A stretch of 53,194 bases of DNA from Squatina squatina (Eukaryota). This document shows, piece after piece, positions 35,611-48,979 of the stretch. Positions within the stretch are counted from its first letter, which is position 1. Each line of letters starts with the position of its first letter. The notes under the pieces were generated by a model. That model saw only the letters and a program-made list of their open reading frames with translations. It ran no database searches and had not been told where the DNA came from. The translations under genes were made by a program, and so were the position numbers. The stretch covers positions 9,315,357 through 9,368,550 of the forward strand of contig JARFOE010000080.1 in assembly GCA_031763465.1 (NCBI GenBank), in the 5' to 3' direction.

Positions 35611-38600
35611 ACTGAATGGTAGTAGATGTCTGTTAAGTAAATATGCATGTGAAATACATTTACTTGTGTCTAAGGTGTTTTCAGCTAACTTTAGTGCATG
35701 TGGCTAAAACAGTGCTGGTGTAGTCACACTTGTGTCTTCTCAGCAATTTCTATTAGACTACATTGGGATAGACAAACTCCAGTCAAAATTTGCTCCATTT
35801 ATGCTAATAAGTCTCCATTCTATGAAGGCTTGTCCCAAATGTTTATGATCCTCTGGTCTTCTCCGTGGAATCCTCAAAGTCCCACAAATATAAATACAGT
35901 TAATGAACATCTGTTTTTCCCCTAATCTCGATTCCCATCATCACATACCATTACTGGCAGAGGGCAGGCAGCTTACCTGATCCAAGCCAGCCTACCTGAT
36001 CCCAGCCAGCATTACATTATAGCTGGGAACGGATAGGTCATGGTGGATCTTCCAATCTTCCTTTCGACTAGCCTTCACAGTCAATCCTTCCCACGGCAGC
36101 ATTTCTGGATCACTATATCAATGGACATTAAATTTAAAAAAATTAAGAAAATAAGCTATATGAAAACAGCAAAGTAAGAAATGTTAAGTTTGGTCTCTGA
36201 CAAATTGTTCTTACTTTCACTAGAGTCTTTACAAAAAATTGGCCAGAGGAAGTAAGTTGTGGGAGAATTACTAATGGAATGATTTGGCTAGCTTGTTTAC
36301 TCAGTTCCTATCCTCCTGCTGTTCTTGGCCATCCTGATACACTGAAGAGACGCAGTCACAGAACTTCCTATGGCCACCATGAAGGGTCTTAGTGAGGGTG
36401 GAAGAGATTTAATCATAATCCCTCTGCCCTAGAGGGCAGCAGATTCCAAATGACAGTCGAGACAAACGATGTGAATGGCAATCAAATGCTCAACCACCGC
36501 ATTTTTTTCTGCACTGCATCCAAAGTAAACATTACATTATGTAAACACACAGGTCAGAAGATGGGATTTATTTTTGCATTGTTTAACAGTCCTATGGTTA
36601 CTACAAATGTACATGCTTATCCGAGGATCTGATACCAACAAATCACTGGTCTTTCATACAGTGAATTTAACACAAGATACTTGTGTTATACAAAATAAGT
36701 AAATGTTGGAATCTTTCCACAGTTAAAGTTAGCTGGTCATAGGTAGAAACCATTACTTTTAACAGTAATTTCTGAAATGATTTACATTTATGGTCCACTT
36801 TAATGTTTACTTAAATACGATTAGCCTTACTGTATTTCAGTTGTCAGCAAACTTGATTAAAATGAATGTGAATCATAGTCAAAATTAATATACTAGAGAT
36901 GTAAAGGAAACTGATATTAATGTTTCTAATAATTGCATGATCTTTACCAGGTTAGGCATTCCTGCATAACATATTTCAGGAGATAGAGAAATCATAAAAT
37001 AATATAGCACAAAGGTAATTGTGATTAAACAAAAGATATTTGTAAACTAGTGTCAAGTAATAATGTGTACAAAAATGGAAGAAGCAACAGCTGCCTCATT
37101 CTATCAAATGTTTTGGTCATATACTGGGACCTGCAATGTGCAGATTTACCACAAGATGTCAATATGAGAATGTTAGCCGACATAGTTTCTGCCAGAGAAT
37201 GTAGTTATGCAAGAATATCTTCAGATCAGAATAGTGAACAACTGATATTTTCCCAGTCTACAGCAGCATTAATTTTCTATATTTTTCTGTCTTTTTGGAT
37301 GAGAGTTTACTTTCCACTGAAGGCTATGCACCTTGAGATTTCCTCCCCTATTTTCCTTCCTTTCTAGGTTCTTCCAGGCCAAGTGCCTTTGCCGGTGAGG
37401 GGACAGCAGGTGGCCTGATCCCAGACCACTGCCAATGCTACTATTTGGCCAGCTGCCGAGAAACACATGACAGTGGCCCAGTGAGACCGCCCCTCTCTGA
37501 CATTCCCTTCCCCCCGCAGGGAGACACCTGCCTTCTGCTGTATGCCTCTCTCTGCAGTGCTTCTCAAATCAGGAACTGAGTGGAATGGGGATCGAAGCTC
37601 CATCCTCCCACTTTATGACACTGCCAAAAACTTTTGATTTGTGGTCTTTAATTTGAGCACCGATTGCAGAGGAGGCAATCAAGACAGCTAACTTGGAGGA
37701 GTCGTTATTTATGACAATGGACTTTGTGGTAAATGTAANNNNNNNNNNNNNNNNNNNNNNNNNNNNNNNNNNNNNNNNNNNNNNNNNNNNNNNNNNNNNN
37801 NNNNNNNNNNNNNNNNNNNNNNNNNNNNNNNNNNNNNNATTACTTAACCATTCTGTAACGCCTCATGCAGTCACGCTGTGGGAATATAGCTTATCAAGTA
37901 TCAGAAATTTTGGAACTATGACATTCTTCCACAGTTAGATTGGTTTGAAAGATCAGATAATGTATGACCTAACTCGATGAAGCGGCATCATTTACAATGC
38001 AGATTTTATGAGATATCATCAGTTTTGACAGGGAAATAGCTAAAATCCTTTATTTCATGCAATTACATTGCAACAACTGTGAGAAATGCTGGAAAGGAAG
38101 ACTGATTAAATTACCATAAATTGATTATTAGATTTGATTTGCTTTAGACATAAAAACTAGTAACAGTCCGGTGAAAATATAGAAACATTTTTTCTTGCTT
38201 CACTGTCATGACAATTTGAAGAGGAATATGTAGCTTGACAGAGTTATGTTAACATTGCTTAGGCTGGAAATGAGTGAGGCCATGACAGTGGCTGGCCATT
38301 TACTATTCTCAAGCTAGCTCTGACAGCAAGCTTTAATTTTACACATACACATTCAATCTATGGAGACACCTGACAAACAAAAACTCTTTTTGTTGGGAAA
38401 AGTACATGCTGCTGTTCAAAGTTTTCATCATGTTTTGTACTGTAGCTGACAATGGCCAGCTCTGGGCGATGTCACCTTGACAATACAGTTGGCGTCTGCA
38501 TCCACAGAAAATTGAAAACGGCTTTCACAATGCTAGACAAATAGACAAGCATCCATTTTACTGTCATCCAGCCCTTCATCTTAACCTGTCATGGCAAGTT

Positions 38601-39158
38601 ATCTTATTCTGACTAATTCCTGAAATGTCAGAGCTTGCATCGAGAAGCTTTCTCCCTGCATGCTACAACGAAGATTGAAAAGGGACATCACACAAAGCCA
38701 AGCAGATCAAGAAATCTATTTGCAAAAGCCATCGACACTGGTCCAGTCCCAATGGACAAATGGTGTGAGCACGGGCATAATAAAAAGTCGTTAAACTTCT
38801 TTTAAGAAAACTGGAATTTCCACAGACCTGAATTAAAGAACGATTTCAAATGCTTTTTCTTCGCCCANNNNNNNNNNNNNNNNNNNNNNNNNNNNNNNNN
38901 NNNNNNNNNNNNNNNNNNNNNNNNNNNNNNNNNNNNNNNNNNNNNNNNNNNNNNNNNNNNNNNNNNNATAAAAAAAAAAAGTAGGCTGAGATTTGAGTGG
39001 AACAGAAGGTAACTTATATCTATATCTTTTATTTATAACCTATTTCAAAAGAAATATCCAGTTTGTCATTTACTGTGCCTATTTAGTTGTAATACTGAGG
39101 AGAAATGGTCATGAAATTAGTAAGAGTGTTTAATGTAATTGAAGATTTTCTGTTTTAG

Positions 39159-39322
39159 GGATCACGTGAGCAGCTTGCAATTGCTGAATTTGCCAGGGCC
39201 TTACTGGTTATTCCAAAGACTCTAGCAGTAAATGCAGCTCAGGATTCTACGGACCTGGTTGCTAAGTTGCGTGCATTCCACAACGAGGCCCAGGTAAATC
39301 CTGAACGCAAAAATCTGAAATG
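39159..39322 (+). CDS. TCP1: T-complex protein 1 subunit alpha (CCT1), late internal coding exon, 164 bp
   Basis: Acceptor TTTTCTGTTTTAG, donor GTAAGT; GSREQLAIAEFARALLVIPKTLAVNAAQDSTDLVAKLRAFHNEAQVNPERKNLK(W). Not in the ORF track. Confidence 0.95.
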
Positions 39323-41354
39323 GTAAGTACATATTTTCTGCCATAGCTAATGTCCTGTGTTATTATCCACAGCTTTAGCTGTACACTGCTGGACAATTTA
39401 CTGGTTCGACCAGAGAAAAGGCAGCTATTCATACATGAAAGTAAACGTCAACATCTCTCTTCTACAACCCATGTAGGTTTTGGTCACATGCAGGTTCACT
39501 TTCACCCACCCAGAAGTTCAGCATTTCTAGTATTGTGTGGGTTGCTGTAGGAAAGGCATAATTAGACCAGCAGCTCTTGCATTCCTCTGGTGGTTAGGTG
39601 TTCTTTTGAGTGTATTCAAAACGGAATGAGGNNNNNNNNNNNNNNNNNNNNNNNNNNNNNNNNNNNNNNNNNNNNNNNNNNNNNNNNNNNNNNNNNNNNN
39701 NNNNNNNNNNNNNNNNNNNNNNNNNNNNNNNGCAAATGTAATCATTATTTTGCATTAGAATGGCTTATTGTATAACATATAGCATGATCTCCTATTTGAC
39801 CTGTCACACTAGACTGCTTTAACAAGCAAAATGTTGCACAGGTCATGATTTGTCTACATAAATCTCTTGTTGACAAATAAATGTTCTAAGTATTTCCATT
39901 CAGACATCTGCCTGATAAAATTTTAAGGGTCTGAGTAAAATATAAAAAAATGCAATGCAATGTGTTTATCCACATTCTCCATATATTTTAATAACATTCA
40001 CGAGGGCACCGCATGCCCTGAAACTAGAAGACAGGCTATTAAAGTGATCTATTCTAATGTGCATAAACACAAACCTGTAAGTGGATGGAAGGTAGCTGCA
40101 GGCACACTCATTTAAACACTGAAGATGATAGATATCTGGTCACTCTCCTTGGCTCTATTACAGTTCAACCACTCTCTGATTCAAGTAAAACCACATTAAC
40201 AGGAGGAAATAACTTCATCATTTAACTTTACAATAATCTTTAGCCTTACAAGCCATATGGTTTATAACATGATTCTGTAATTAACACAATAGATAATGTG
40301 ATGTCCATTTTTTACCTTGCATTTGTAAGGATAGTTGTCTGTGTCAATTAAATATGGCATCAGAAAAGGCATCAGTCTATTCTGCTGTAGCCAGTGTTAG
40401 TGTCCTAACTGATTGCTCATTTGCTAGATTAACGTCAAGTGGCTAGATTGACATCTTGCACCTTTCGAATCTTTGGGAATACTTTCACAGGTGCTCTGTG
40501 TTACTGCACAATTACAGAGCAACAATTCTTCACTGTCAGATGGCTCAACCTTGTTTATTGTGTCTCTGCTGATTTGCAAACCTAGAAAAGAATATTGCTG
40601 ATGAGCAATGAAATTACAGAAACATGGCGTACCTAAAATAATTTTAACATTGTCTTGGAAATGTTCTTGTATCTCAGCTTCAAGAAATATAAAATTCTTT
40701 TCATAATCAAAATGTGCTGGTATTCTTGAGCTGTCCTGTTCATTCCTCTGGTTCGATAGGAGTGCTGATTAAAATATAATCACAGGTGCCAATGGTTCAT
40801 ATCGCATGCACTGCTGAACCTTTTGCAAGGACTTATTTAAAGGATACATTTTCTTCAGAAGTAAATGTTCTGTAAATGCATATGTGTAGCTTAATGACAC
40901 AGAATAAAAACAAAATGTTACAAGTTCAGTTATCTGTATGTAATAAATGATCAGCTGCTATTTATATAAGATGTAGGAATACTTTGAAGAGATAATTCAT
41001 GTTACCACAATTAAAAAGTATATCCCATCACAATATGGGAACTATAAGAGGGAGTGAACTTTCCCTTTTTTACAAGGATTGGTGCAATGAGTATTTTTCT
41101 GCATAATTAATGATCTGTTAATGACATTGCATTCTCAGTAATCACATGTTTGCATGATCTGCATTCTGCAATTTCATTAAGAGGTTGTTAATTAGAAAAA
41201 AATAGGCATCTTGCTGTCCATTAATTTTAATAGATGAAAACCCTATGAGGTCAGNNNNNNNNNNNNNNNNNNNNNNNNNNNNNNNNNNNNNNNNNNNNNN
41301 NNNNNNNNNNNNNNNNNNNNNNNNNNNNNNNNNNNNNNNNNNNNNNNNNNNNNN

Positions 41355-41612
41355 GAGAGTGGAGTGAGTGGGGGTGAGTGTGTGGTGAGTGTGGGGGTGA
41401 GTGTGCAGTGAGAGTGGGTGAGTGTGTGGTGAGTGTGGGGGTGAGTGTGGAGTGAGAGTGGGGTGGGTGTGGGATGGGTGTGGGGGTGCGCGCGGGGTGA
41501 ATGTGGGGGTGAGTGTGGGAGTGAATGTGGAGTGAGTGTGGGGTGAGTGGTGGGGTGAATGTGGGGGTGAGAGCGGGGTGAGTGTGGGGGTGAGAGGGGG
41601 GGAGTGTGGGGG
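41355..41612 (+). repeat. G/T-rich minisatellite, (GAGTGTGGGGGT)n-like
   Basis: Direct reading; many GGGG runs, almost no C. Confidence 0.85.
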
Positions 41613-43252
41613 TCAGGGTACGATCGCTGCACCAGAATGGAGAAGTCCAGGTCCCCCAATATTGCCCTTAGGAACTCATTATCATCAGGTCAGTGTGCTG
41701 GGAGGATCACACCGGCAAAGTGTGAAGCAAGATCGTGTCACTGCTAGCAGAGTCGTGGCCCTCAGGTAAGCAAAGGACGGGGGTGGCCGGGAGGGACATC
41801 AGAAGTGGTGGGATAGGGGCAGAGATCAGGCCTCGGACAGGGATCACTGACTGGTGGGAGTGGGAGAGGTGATCGGGTGATCTATTGAAAAGCAGGCGCT
41901 GCCGGGCCAAATGTCTAGGCCAAGGTATCAGTCACTTTGTTAATCCACCCTACGATGTAGAAGGTCAGTGCATTTTGGTTTGGGCAACATTTTAAGTTTT
42001 TCTATCTGATCTTTGATATTAGTGACTGACATGATAAATGTGCCTCTTTAGAATGAAAATCTGTATCAGCTTTTTGTTTTTTTTAAAAAGAGAATTTTCA
42101 TATATTGATGAACTTATATTGGCCATACGCAGTCAGTTTGAGTTCTTGAGAATATATGAAATTTACATTTTGTATTTACCTATGAGCTCAGCCTTGACAC
42201 AGTCTAATTGTTTCAAACTCTGCAAAAGTAGCAGTGTTCAAACTTGGCAGCACTCTTTCCATCTATCTCGGTGAATTGCATACATGAAAACAATAGCACA
42301 CAATTCCTTAAGGTAAGAGTTCTAGCAATACTGCGGACAAGGCAAGATCAATAAATCTTTAACAAAACTGTGAGTGTTGGTAATGCTGCTGTTTTAATAG
42401 TTTTGTTTTCAATATTCTCAAAGGAAAACTGCAGGTTTCACATAATTTATATTCCCTACATGGAATAATCCTTTGGTTTCAGTTCTAGTCATAATTTATT
42501 ATCTTTTGATGCTGATAGAAATATTAGACGAGTAGAACTGGAACAGTCAATGATGTGATTGCTCATATTCAATAATTGATCTGTTGGACCACCATCCAAA
42601 CTCAAATAATAACATGTTACATACATCAAAAATTGTCAGCTATTCTTAAGGCACATCTGATCACTTTATTTACAATTCAGAGAATGAAGTTCAGTTGGCA
42701 AGTTACCGCACTCACTGTCTTCTATCATCTCCATCTTTGATACCTTCCCTCTTCCCAGTACAGTGTTTCTAGTTCAATCTCCTCCTGCATGCCTTTATCT
42801 TAGACCCCATTTTGCCATGTCTCCATTTCAGACCCCTCCCATTCCCTTAATTATATCTTAGATCCCTGGGATCTGTTCCATGTCAGCATTAGCTTCAAGC
42901 CGTTTCATTAGCTTCCTATTCTTCCTTGACTCTGCACATTCACAGCCTCTTTTGGAGCAGAGCTATCCCACTATCCATTACATTAGTAAAAGGGATAGAC
43001 TAAAACTGAGAGTGCTGGATGGAGATATAGAAAGCAGGTAGTAGCTGGGCCTGAGACAAGCATGGAGCAGTCCGATGGAGTAAGAACTAAAGCAGACATA
43101 GAGAGATGGCTGGGGCAGAGTGATGAGAGNNNNNNNNNNNNNNNNNNNNNNNNNNNNNNNNTGACATAGCTTGTTAATTTGGAAACCTCAATGCAAATGA
43201 GGTTGCTTACTAAACAAGTAAAGGAAAAGCATTTTTCTCTTATTCAATTCAG

Positions 43253-43450
43253 TGTAATGAACTTGGATGATCTGACCAGGAGAGGCCTTTATCTCAGTGA
43301 CATCCCACTACATGATGCTACACGTGAACTTGTTCTGCTAGGTGAGCAGTTCAGAGAAGAGTACAAACTTACACAGGAACTAGAAATTTTGACTGACCGC
43401 TTGCAACATACACTGCGAGAATTAGAAGATGAGAAGAAAAAGACAGACAG
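43253..43450 (+). CDS. GUCY1B1: Soluble guanylate cyclase beta-1, H-NOBA/coiled-coil exon, 198 bp, phase 2/2
   Basis: Acceptor TTTTTCTCTTATTCAATTCAG, donor GTAAAC; (S)[65 protein letters not shown](R). Confidence 0.95.
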
Positions 43451-43544
43451 GTAAACTACCAGCAGGGAGAGGCTTTGTTTGCATTTCTGTTACTGATACC
43501 AACACCTCTCAAGCAAATAGGTGACAATACAGAAGCTGAGGGAA

Positions 43545-43890
43545 TTCGGTTATCTGGAGAGACTAGTGCAGGTAAAGAGGAGATTTATTAGAGGTGCCCA
43601 AAATTATGAGGGATTTTGATAGAGTAGATAGGGAGAAACTGCTTCCACTGGCAGGGGACACAGATTTAAGATAATTGTCAAAAGAGCCAGGGTGACGCTG
43701 AGGAGAAATATTTAACTCAGCGACTTGTTATGATCTGGAATGCACTGCCTGAAAATATGGAAGAAGCAGAATTAATGGTAACTTTCAAAAAGGAATCGGA
43801 TAAATACTTGAAAGCAAAAAAAATCTGCAAGGATATCAGGAAAGAGTAGGAGATTGGGACTAATTGATAGCTCTTTCAGAGATGCCACGA
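43545..43890 (+). mobile_element. CR1 3' end in GUCY1B1 intron
   Basis: GDLLEVPKIMRDFDRVDREKL, TQRLVMIWNALP motifs. Confidence 0.8.
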
Positions 43891-45942
43891 TTTACTCACA
43901 GCACTCTGATAGTAAAATAGGTGTAAGGAAAATCACTGCACACAGACACTCGAGGCAGTTTTCATCTCCATATCAACCCACTTTTCAGCATAGAAAATGT
44001 GATATGTGGACAAGCATTATAACAACAGGTTCTGAATTGCAGTTTGTGCCTACCAACAGATCTCTGAATGCATTAATACAACCTTCGCATTTCTGTCTGA
44101 AATTCCTAGTAGTGAGGGTCAGTCAATGAGTAAAGTCTACAATGTTAAAATCTAGGAGACAGCCTCAACGACAGAACATACAGCTCTTGAAGTAATGATC
44201 CTTTGTGTTGAGAATGTGGAGTCAAGAAGATAAGCAAATATGATAGAAATGTCATGTAACCATGGAAACAAACATTTTGAAGTGTCCAAAAGGAGGAACA
44301 CTTCTCTCGCAAGAAGATTAATTTTAGATGCTACAATTCAAAATGCTTTTGTATTTTTTACAAATGTGTGCTGAGTAATATATATATATACTTTGTAAAT
44401 GGCTTCTTTTGCAAGCCACAATATCACTGGAAAAAGCGTAAATCATAGAATNNNNNNNNNNNNNNNNNNNNNNNNNNNNNNNNNNNNNNNNNNNNNNNNN
44501 NNNNNNNNNNNNNNNNNNNNNNNNNNNNNNNNNNNNNNNNNNNNNNNNNNNAGTCTCACAGTTGTTCCATGCAGCAATTACAACTGGAAACACTCCAGCC
44601 TGATTACACCGAAGGGAATTTTAGATGTAGCACAGGCCACTGGAAAATGAATAACCATTAAAGCAAAATATTTAACTGTCTAACTGTTGCTAAGTGGATT
44701 CACTTGACACTTAATGGGGAAACAAATGCCTAAGTAGACAGGAAGTTTCTGCAATATGCTGCTGCATTAAGTACTTCACAAACATGCTCGAAATGTATCA
44801 CTTATTTCAGCAGCAAGTGCAGGTCAAGCCGGAGCTTCTGTTTATGAATACAAAGAGCTAGAAGCGTCAAGCTTACTTTCAATGGCACCAGTTTTTTTTT
44901 AAATTGCTCATGCTTTTCACCAGATAGTTCTGCTGAGAATGATAGATAATTGATTTACAGATGAGTGTACTTTTATATATGTGCACTGCTCACGATAAAA
45001 TGTCTGCTCTAAATGCTTCCAAGTGCCCAGATTGATAATGCATAAGGGGGAAATTGCACTATAACACTGTTCATTAAATTGACATTGACATAGTATGCAA
45101 CTGAATACAATGTGAGTTGTGATTACCATATGCATGGAGATTCATATTTAGATATGAAGAGTAGAAAATTATCAATGTATCAGTAAACAGGTTAACATAG
45201 TGATTTTGATAACTGGTTTCAGATTCAGATAAGATTAGAGCTGGACTAAATTTTCATATATACAGTAAATATAGANNNNNNNNNNCTGAATGTAAGAAAC
45301 AAGCATTTTCCTAAATTTATGTACTCAAAATTAAGCTTTCTGATATTTAATATTTCACTTATACTACAAGGGCTGTAAGTGGGTTAAAATAACTGTTTTT
45401 TAATCTAATTTAACAATTCCAAAAGAGCAGGTCTCCCATGCACTTTAGCCTATGTCTAGCTTCAATATTGATGGATTAAGACACAGGGTGCAGAATATGT
45501 TAGGGACAGCTACAAGGTCAATACATTCAGCTAAGGCCAAAGTTGGCAAGTGTCTGAAGCCGTGCTGTTCTATTGAACACAAACAAAGAGATAGCTAGTT
45601 GCTTTAGAAATAATTCAGTTTACTGTCAGAATCAAAAAAAATACTAACCTGAGCATATTCCAGGGGAAAAAAAAACTGCACCAAATTGTATTCAAGATTT
45701 TTCTTTGCCAAATGCGGTCTAACAGAGCAATCTGGTTATAAATGAGCAATCATATTTACGTGCAAAGGCTTGATGAATAGCAAAAGCTGAACAACAGCTT
45801 TGAAAGAACTGACACAGTCCCGAGAAAGCTGACAGCTCAAGANNNNNNNNNNNNNNNNNNNNNNNNNNNNNNNNNNNNNNNNNNNNNNNNNNNNNNNNNN
45901 NNNNNNNNNNNNNNNNNNNNNNNNNNNNNNNNNNNNNNNNNN

Positions 45943-46062
45943 ACCCCAGGGAATTTCCCGGGAAGCGAGATAGCCACCTCCCACTGCCAATTTTTCCTTT
46001 TCGCCCCATTAGCGTCCCTCGGAGGCACTAACAGGGAGAGAAAATAGGGGAATTTTGGCCCC
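45943..46062. mobile_element. Harbinger-type element terminus
   Basis: Ends GGGGAATTTTGGCCCC; reverse match to 19216. Confidence 0.55.
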
Positions 46063-47504
46063 TTTTATGTTTTTTGGTTTTGATTGTAAATCCTTCATTG
46101 AAAACATTACAGGTTGTGGAAGTAAGCAGCAAATTACTGTCACTGTTCTATCAGATAGTTTGATTTTGGTTATTGCACTGCTACATGAAGTTATTGGCAA
46201 GTCCCTGTGGCATCCAAAAATAAGAAAGCTTTAAGAGGTATTGATTGAACAGCAGAAAAGTAATACCAGTTTCACCCACTGGCAATGTGCAGTTGTGGTT
46301 TGTGCACTTACAACATTCCTGCTTCAAAATTCTGCTGCTCTCCTATCTCAAATTATTTGAACAAGGAAAACTAAGAAAATCTATATTTTCACTTTTGATA
46401 ATTTAACACTCAACAAGCATTTATTTCAAGGCAGTGCACTTACTATTAGGTGCATAAAATATCTCTCATGATTTGCCAGCAGGAGTAAATTGAAGACAAG
46501 AACTCCAAATCAAAATTGACAAACACTTATTAAACATTTCATTCACCTTGTTTTGCGCTCTCATTCTCCATGTTGCTCATCTTTTTGTCATCCTCCTCCA
46601 GCTAGCAGACAGGTGGTTGTGAGTTACTTCACGTGCGAACTATAATTGAGTATCAGACAACCATCAATATGGCAAGACGGATGAAGCATCCCGATTTATC
46701 TCCAGTAAAAAAAGAAAACCTGAGAGCTGGTGGAACCCATTTTATTTACTAATGTGAAATCCCTGCTTATAATGGAGTGCAAGTATTTGCTCAGATACAT
46801 GTCCAGAAAAGCATTCTAATCATTACACTTCAAGACCTCTGCCTGTGAAAATATTTTTGATAATGTTGTAGTAAGTTGGCAATAAAATCAACCACTGCCA
46901 TCATTCTTGTTACTGGTAATGAAATAAAATTGAACATTTTTTTTTCTTTTGAATTGTTTTGCACTCCAAGCTATGAGTTTAATGGCATGGAATTGTACTG
47001 TGCGATAGTATAGAATGGGTTAAAATAAACATTTTGTTGTTAAAATAATAGACAAAGAAATTTCATACTAGCATGCTAACATGTTCATTACTAACTCTGT
47101 ATAGCATCATTTAAATCCATGTCATTTTTTTTAACCCGGATCATCTGTAGAACAGTAACATCATCGTAACATTAATACACTGATGTCATCATAAAGGAAA
47201 TGAATGCTTTATCATTCAATAATTTTTGTTAAGAACTCGAATATTTAAGATAAACATGAACATTTGCCTGCTGAAATGAAATGTTGTAACATCATTTTGA
47301 AAGTTAATGTGGATTAATTATTTTCAGAAAGGAAGGATGTGAGGTTGATTTAGTGGATTAGTGGAAATCTTTCTAATGGCAGAGCTGAGTACAAGATTCA
47401 ATCAGGATGTAAACTGTTCAAATCACTAAACATTTACTGTATGAATGAGGATGTCAATAGTCATTATGGACGTAACTTACATTTTCTGGTACCATTTAAA
47501 GTGA

Positions 47505-47758
47505 CAGTGGTAGCACTCTGAATCAGAAGGTTGTAGGTTCAAATGCCACCCCAGAGAGCTGAGCAGATAGTCTCAGCTGACAGTTCAATGCAGCGATACC
47601 AGAGGTGCATCTTGCAGATGAGACATTAAACCGAACGCTGTCTGTCCTCTCAGATGGGCGTAAAAATCTCACAGCACTATTTTGAAGGAGAACATTGGGA
47701 GTTCTCCCTGGTGTCCTAGCCGATATTTATCCTTCAAACAACGTCACTAAAACAGACA
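47505..47758 (+). mobile_element. Deu-domain SINE (SacSINE1-like), 5' part
   Basis: tRNA-like head GTGGTAGCACTCTGAATCAGAAGGTTGTAGGTTCAAATG; GATGAGACATTAAACCGA; ATATTTATCCTTCAAACAAC overlaps the copy at 9272. Confidence 0.7.
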
Positions 47759-48035
47759 GGGGGTGAAATTTGGTAGCGCCCCGTTTGGGGCATTAACTTA
47801 TAAAAGTCTGAAAAATTAGCACCGGTCCCTAATCATTGCAATCTTTTTAAAAAATTAGGCTAAATCAAGCACTCCACTTTCTTCCTGGAGCGTAATCGGC
47901 AGCAGGCGGGACAGCGAGTGGAACAGCGCTACACACTGGGCCATGCAGCGCGGCCGCGTTGAAAGGCTCCTTCCCTCCCTTAAAGGGAAGGACCATCACT
48001 GCAGGCTCTGCAAAGGTAAAAACAACTTACCTTCT
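47759..48035. mobile_element. Harbinger-type element end inserted into the SINE
   Basis: GGGGGTGAAATTTGGTAGCGCCCCGTTTGGGG, shared with 3066 and 5094. Confidence 0.6.
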
Positions 48036-48139
48036 NNNNNNNNNNNNNNNNNNNNNNNNNNNNNNNNNNNNNNNNNNNNNNNNNNNNNNNNNNNNNNNNN
48101 NNNNNNNNNNNNNNNNNNNNNNNNNNNNNNNNNNNGTGG

Positions 48140-48540
48140 GATTATTCAACTAGAAGTCTATTTGAGAAAGGGAGGGTGCTAATTATGGGTGATATTAATT
48201 ACCCTAATTAAGTGGGATGTTGATGGGAAGTTACAAATGAGGGAGGTTAATTTATGAGTTTCATACAGGGCTGTTCTTGACATAACAGGGTAGCACTGAA
48301 AAGCATGCATCATCTAATGTTTTGAGATGAGTTTAAGATAATGAAAAATTTAAAGGTGGGAAGCACTTGATTACCAGTGATCATAATGTGATTAGATGTG
48401 ACCTTGTGTCACTTTCTAGAACAAGGGATAATTACATTAATAAAAGCTGATTTTAAGATAACAGGGAAGGCTGTGTCAATTAATTTGGAAAACAGAAGTT
48501 GGTGAAAATATCAAATGCTTTAAAGATATGCTAGTCGGGC
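48140..48540 (+). mobile_element. Old CR1 endonuclease fragment
   Basis: LIMGDINYP, HLITSDHNVI motifs; followed at 48549 by a GGGGGCCCAATT terminus. Confidence 0.6.
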
Positions 48541-48979
48541 TATAAGACGGGGGCCCAATTGGTGTGGCCTGAAACCGGCCACAGCATTCGGGGCTCCATA
48601 GCTGCGGGGGCGCCACGCTGGCAGTGAGGGTCACTGACCTGGAATTGGTGACTTAGTCGCCATTCCGGGTAAGCGCAATGTGGCAATGCTAAACAAGCAT
48701 TGCCANNNNNNNNNNNNNNNNNNNNNNNNNNNNNNNNNNNNNNNNNNNNNNNNNNNNNNNNNNNNNNNNNNNNNNNNNNNNNNNNNNNNNNNNNNNNNNN
48801 NNNNNGGAGACATCTCCAAAACCAGCAGAGAGACAGAAGGGCACAGGCATATGAGGTGGGGGTGAGGCAGCAGCAGCTCCTGAGCATTACCACGCCCAAC
48901 AACCACCTGACATGCCAGAGCCACCTGCACCAGTGGTGGCACAGCCCAGACCAGTGCAGCCTCTTCCTAGAGGGGGGAG

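Noticed and set aside
38968-39631. Intronic H/ACA snoRNAs (SNORA20/SNORA29) known from TCP1 introns
   Set aside because: No recognisable match in the short intron flanks present
41243-41659. His/Pro/Thr-rich ORF
   Set aside because: Translation of the G-rich minisatellite plus an N gap
43179-43252. N-terminal part of ORF 43179..43454 as coding
   Set aside because: Intronic read-through upstream of the acceptor; GUCY1B1 similarity starts at 43253
39159-43450. TCP1-GUCY1B1 fusion or tight gene linkage
   Set aside because: The splice phases are compatible (2/2), but the exons lie on different contigs separated by three N gaps, and the genes are unlinked in human
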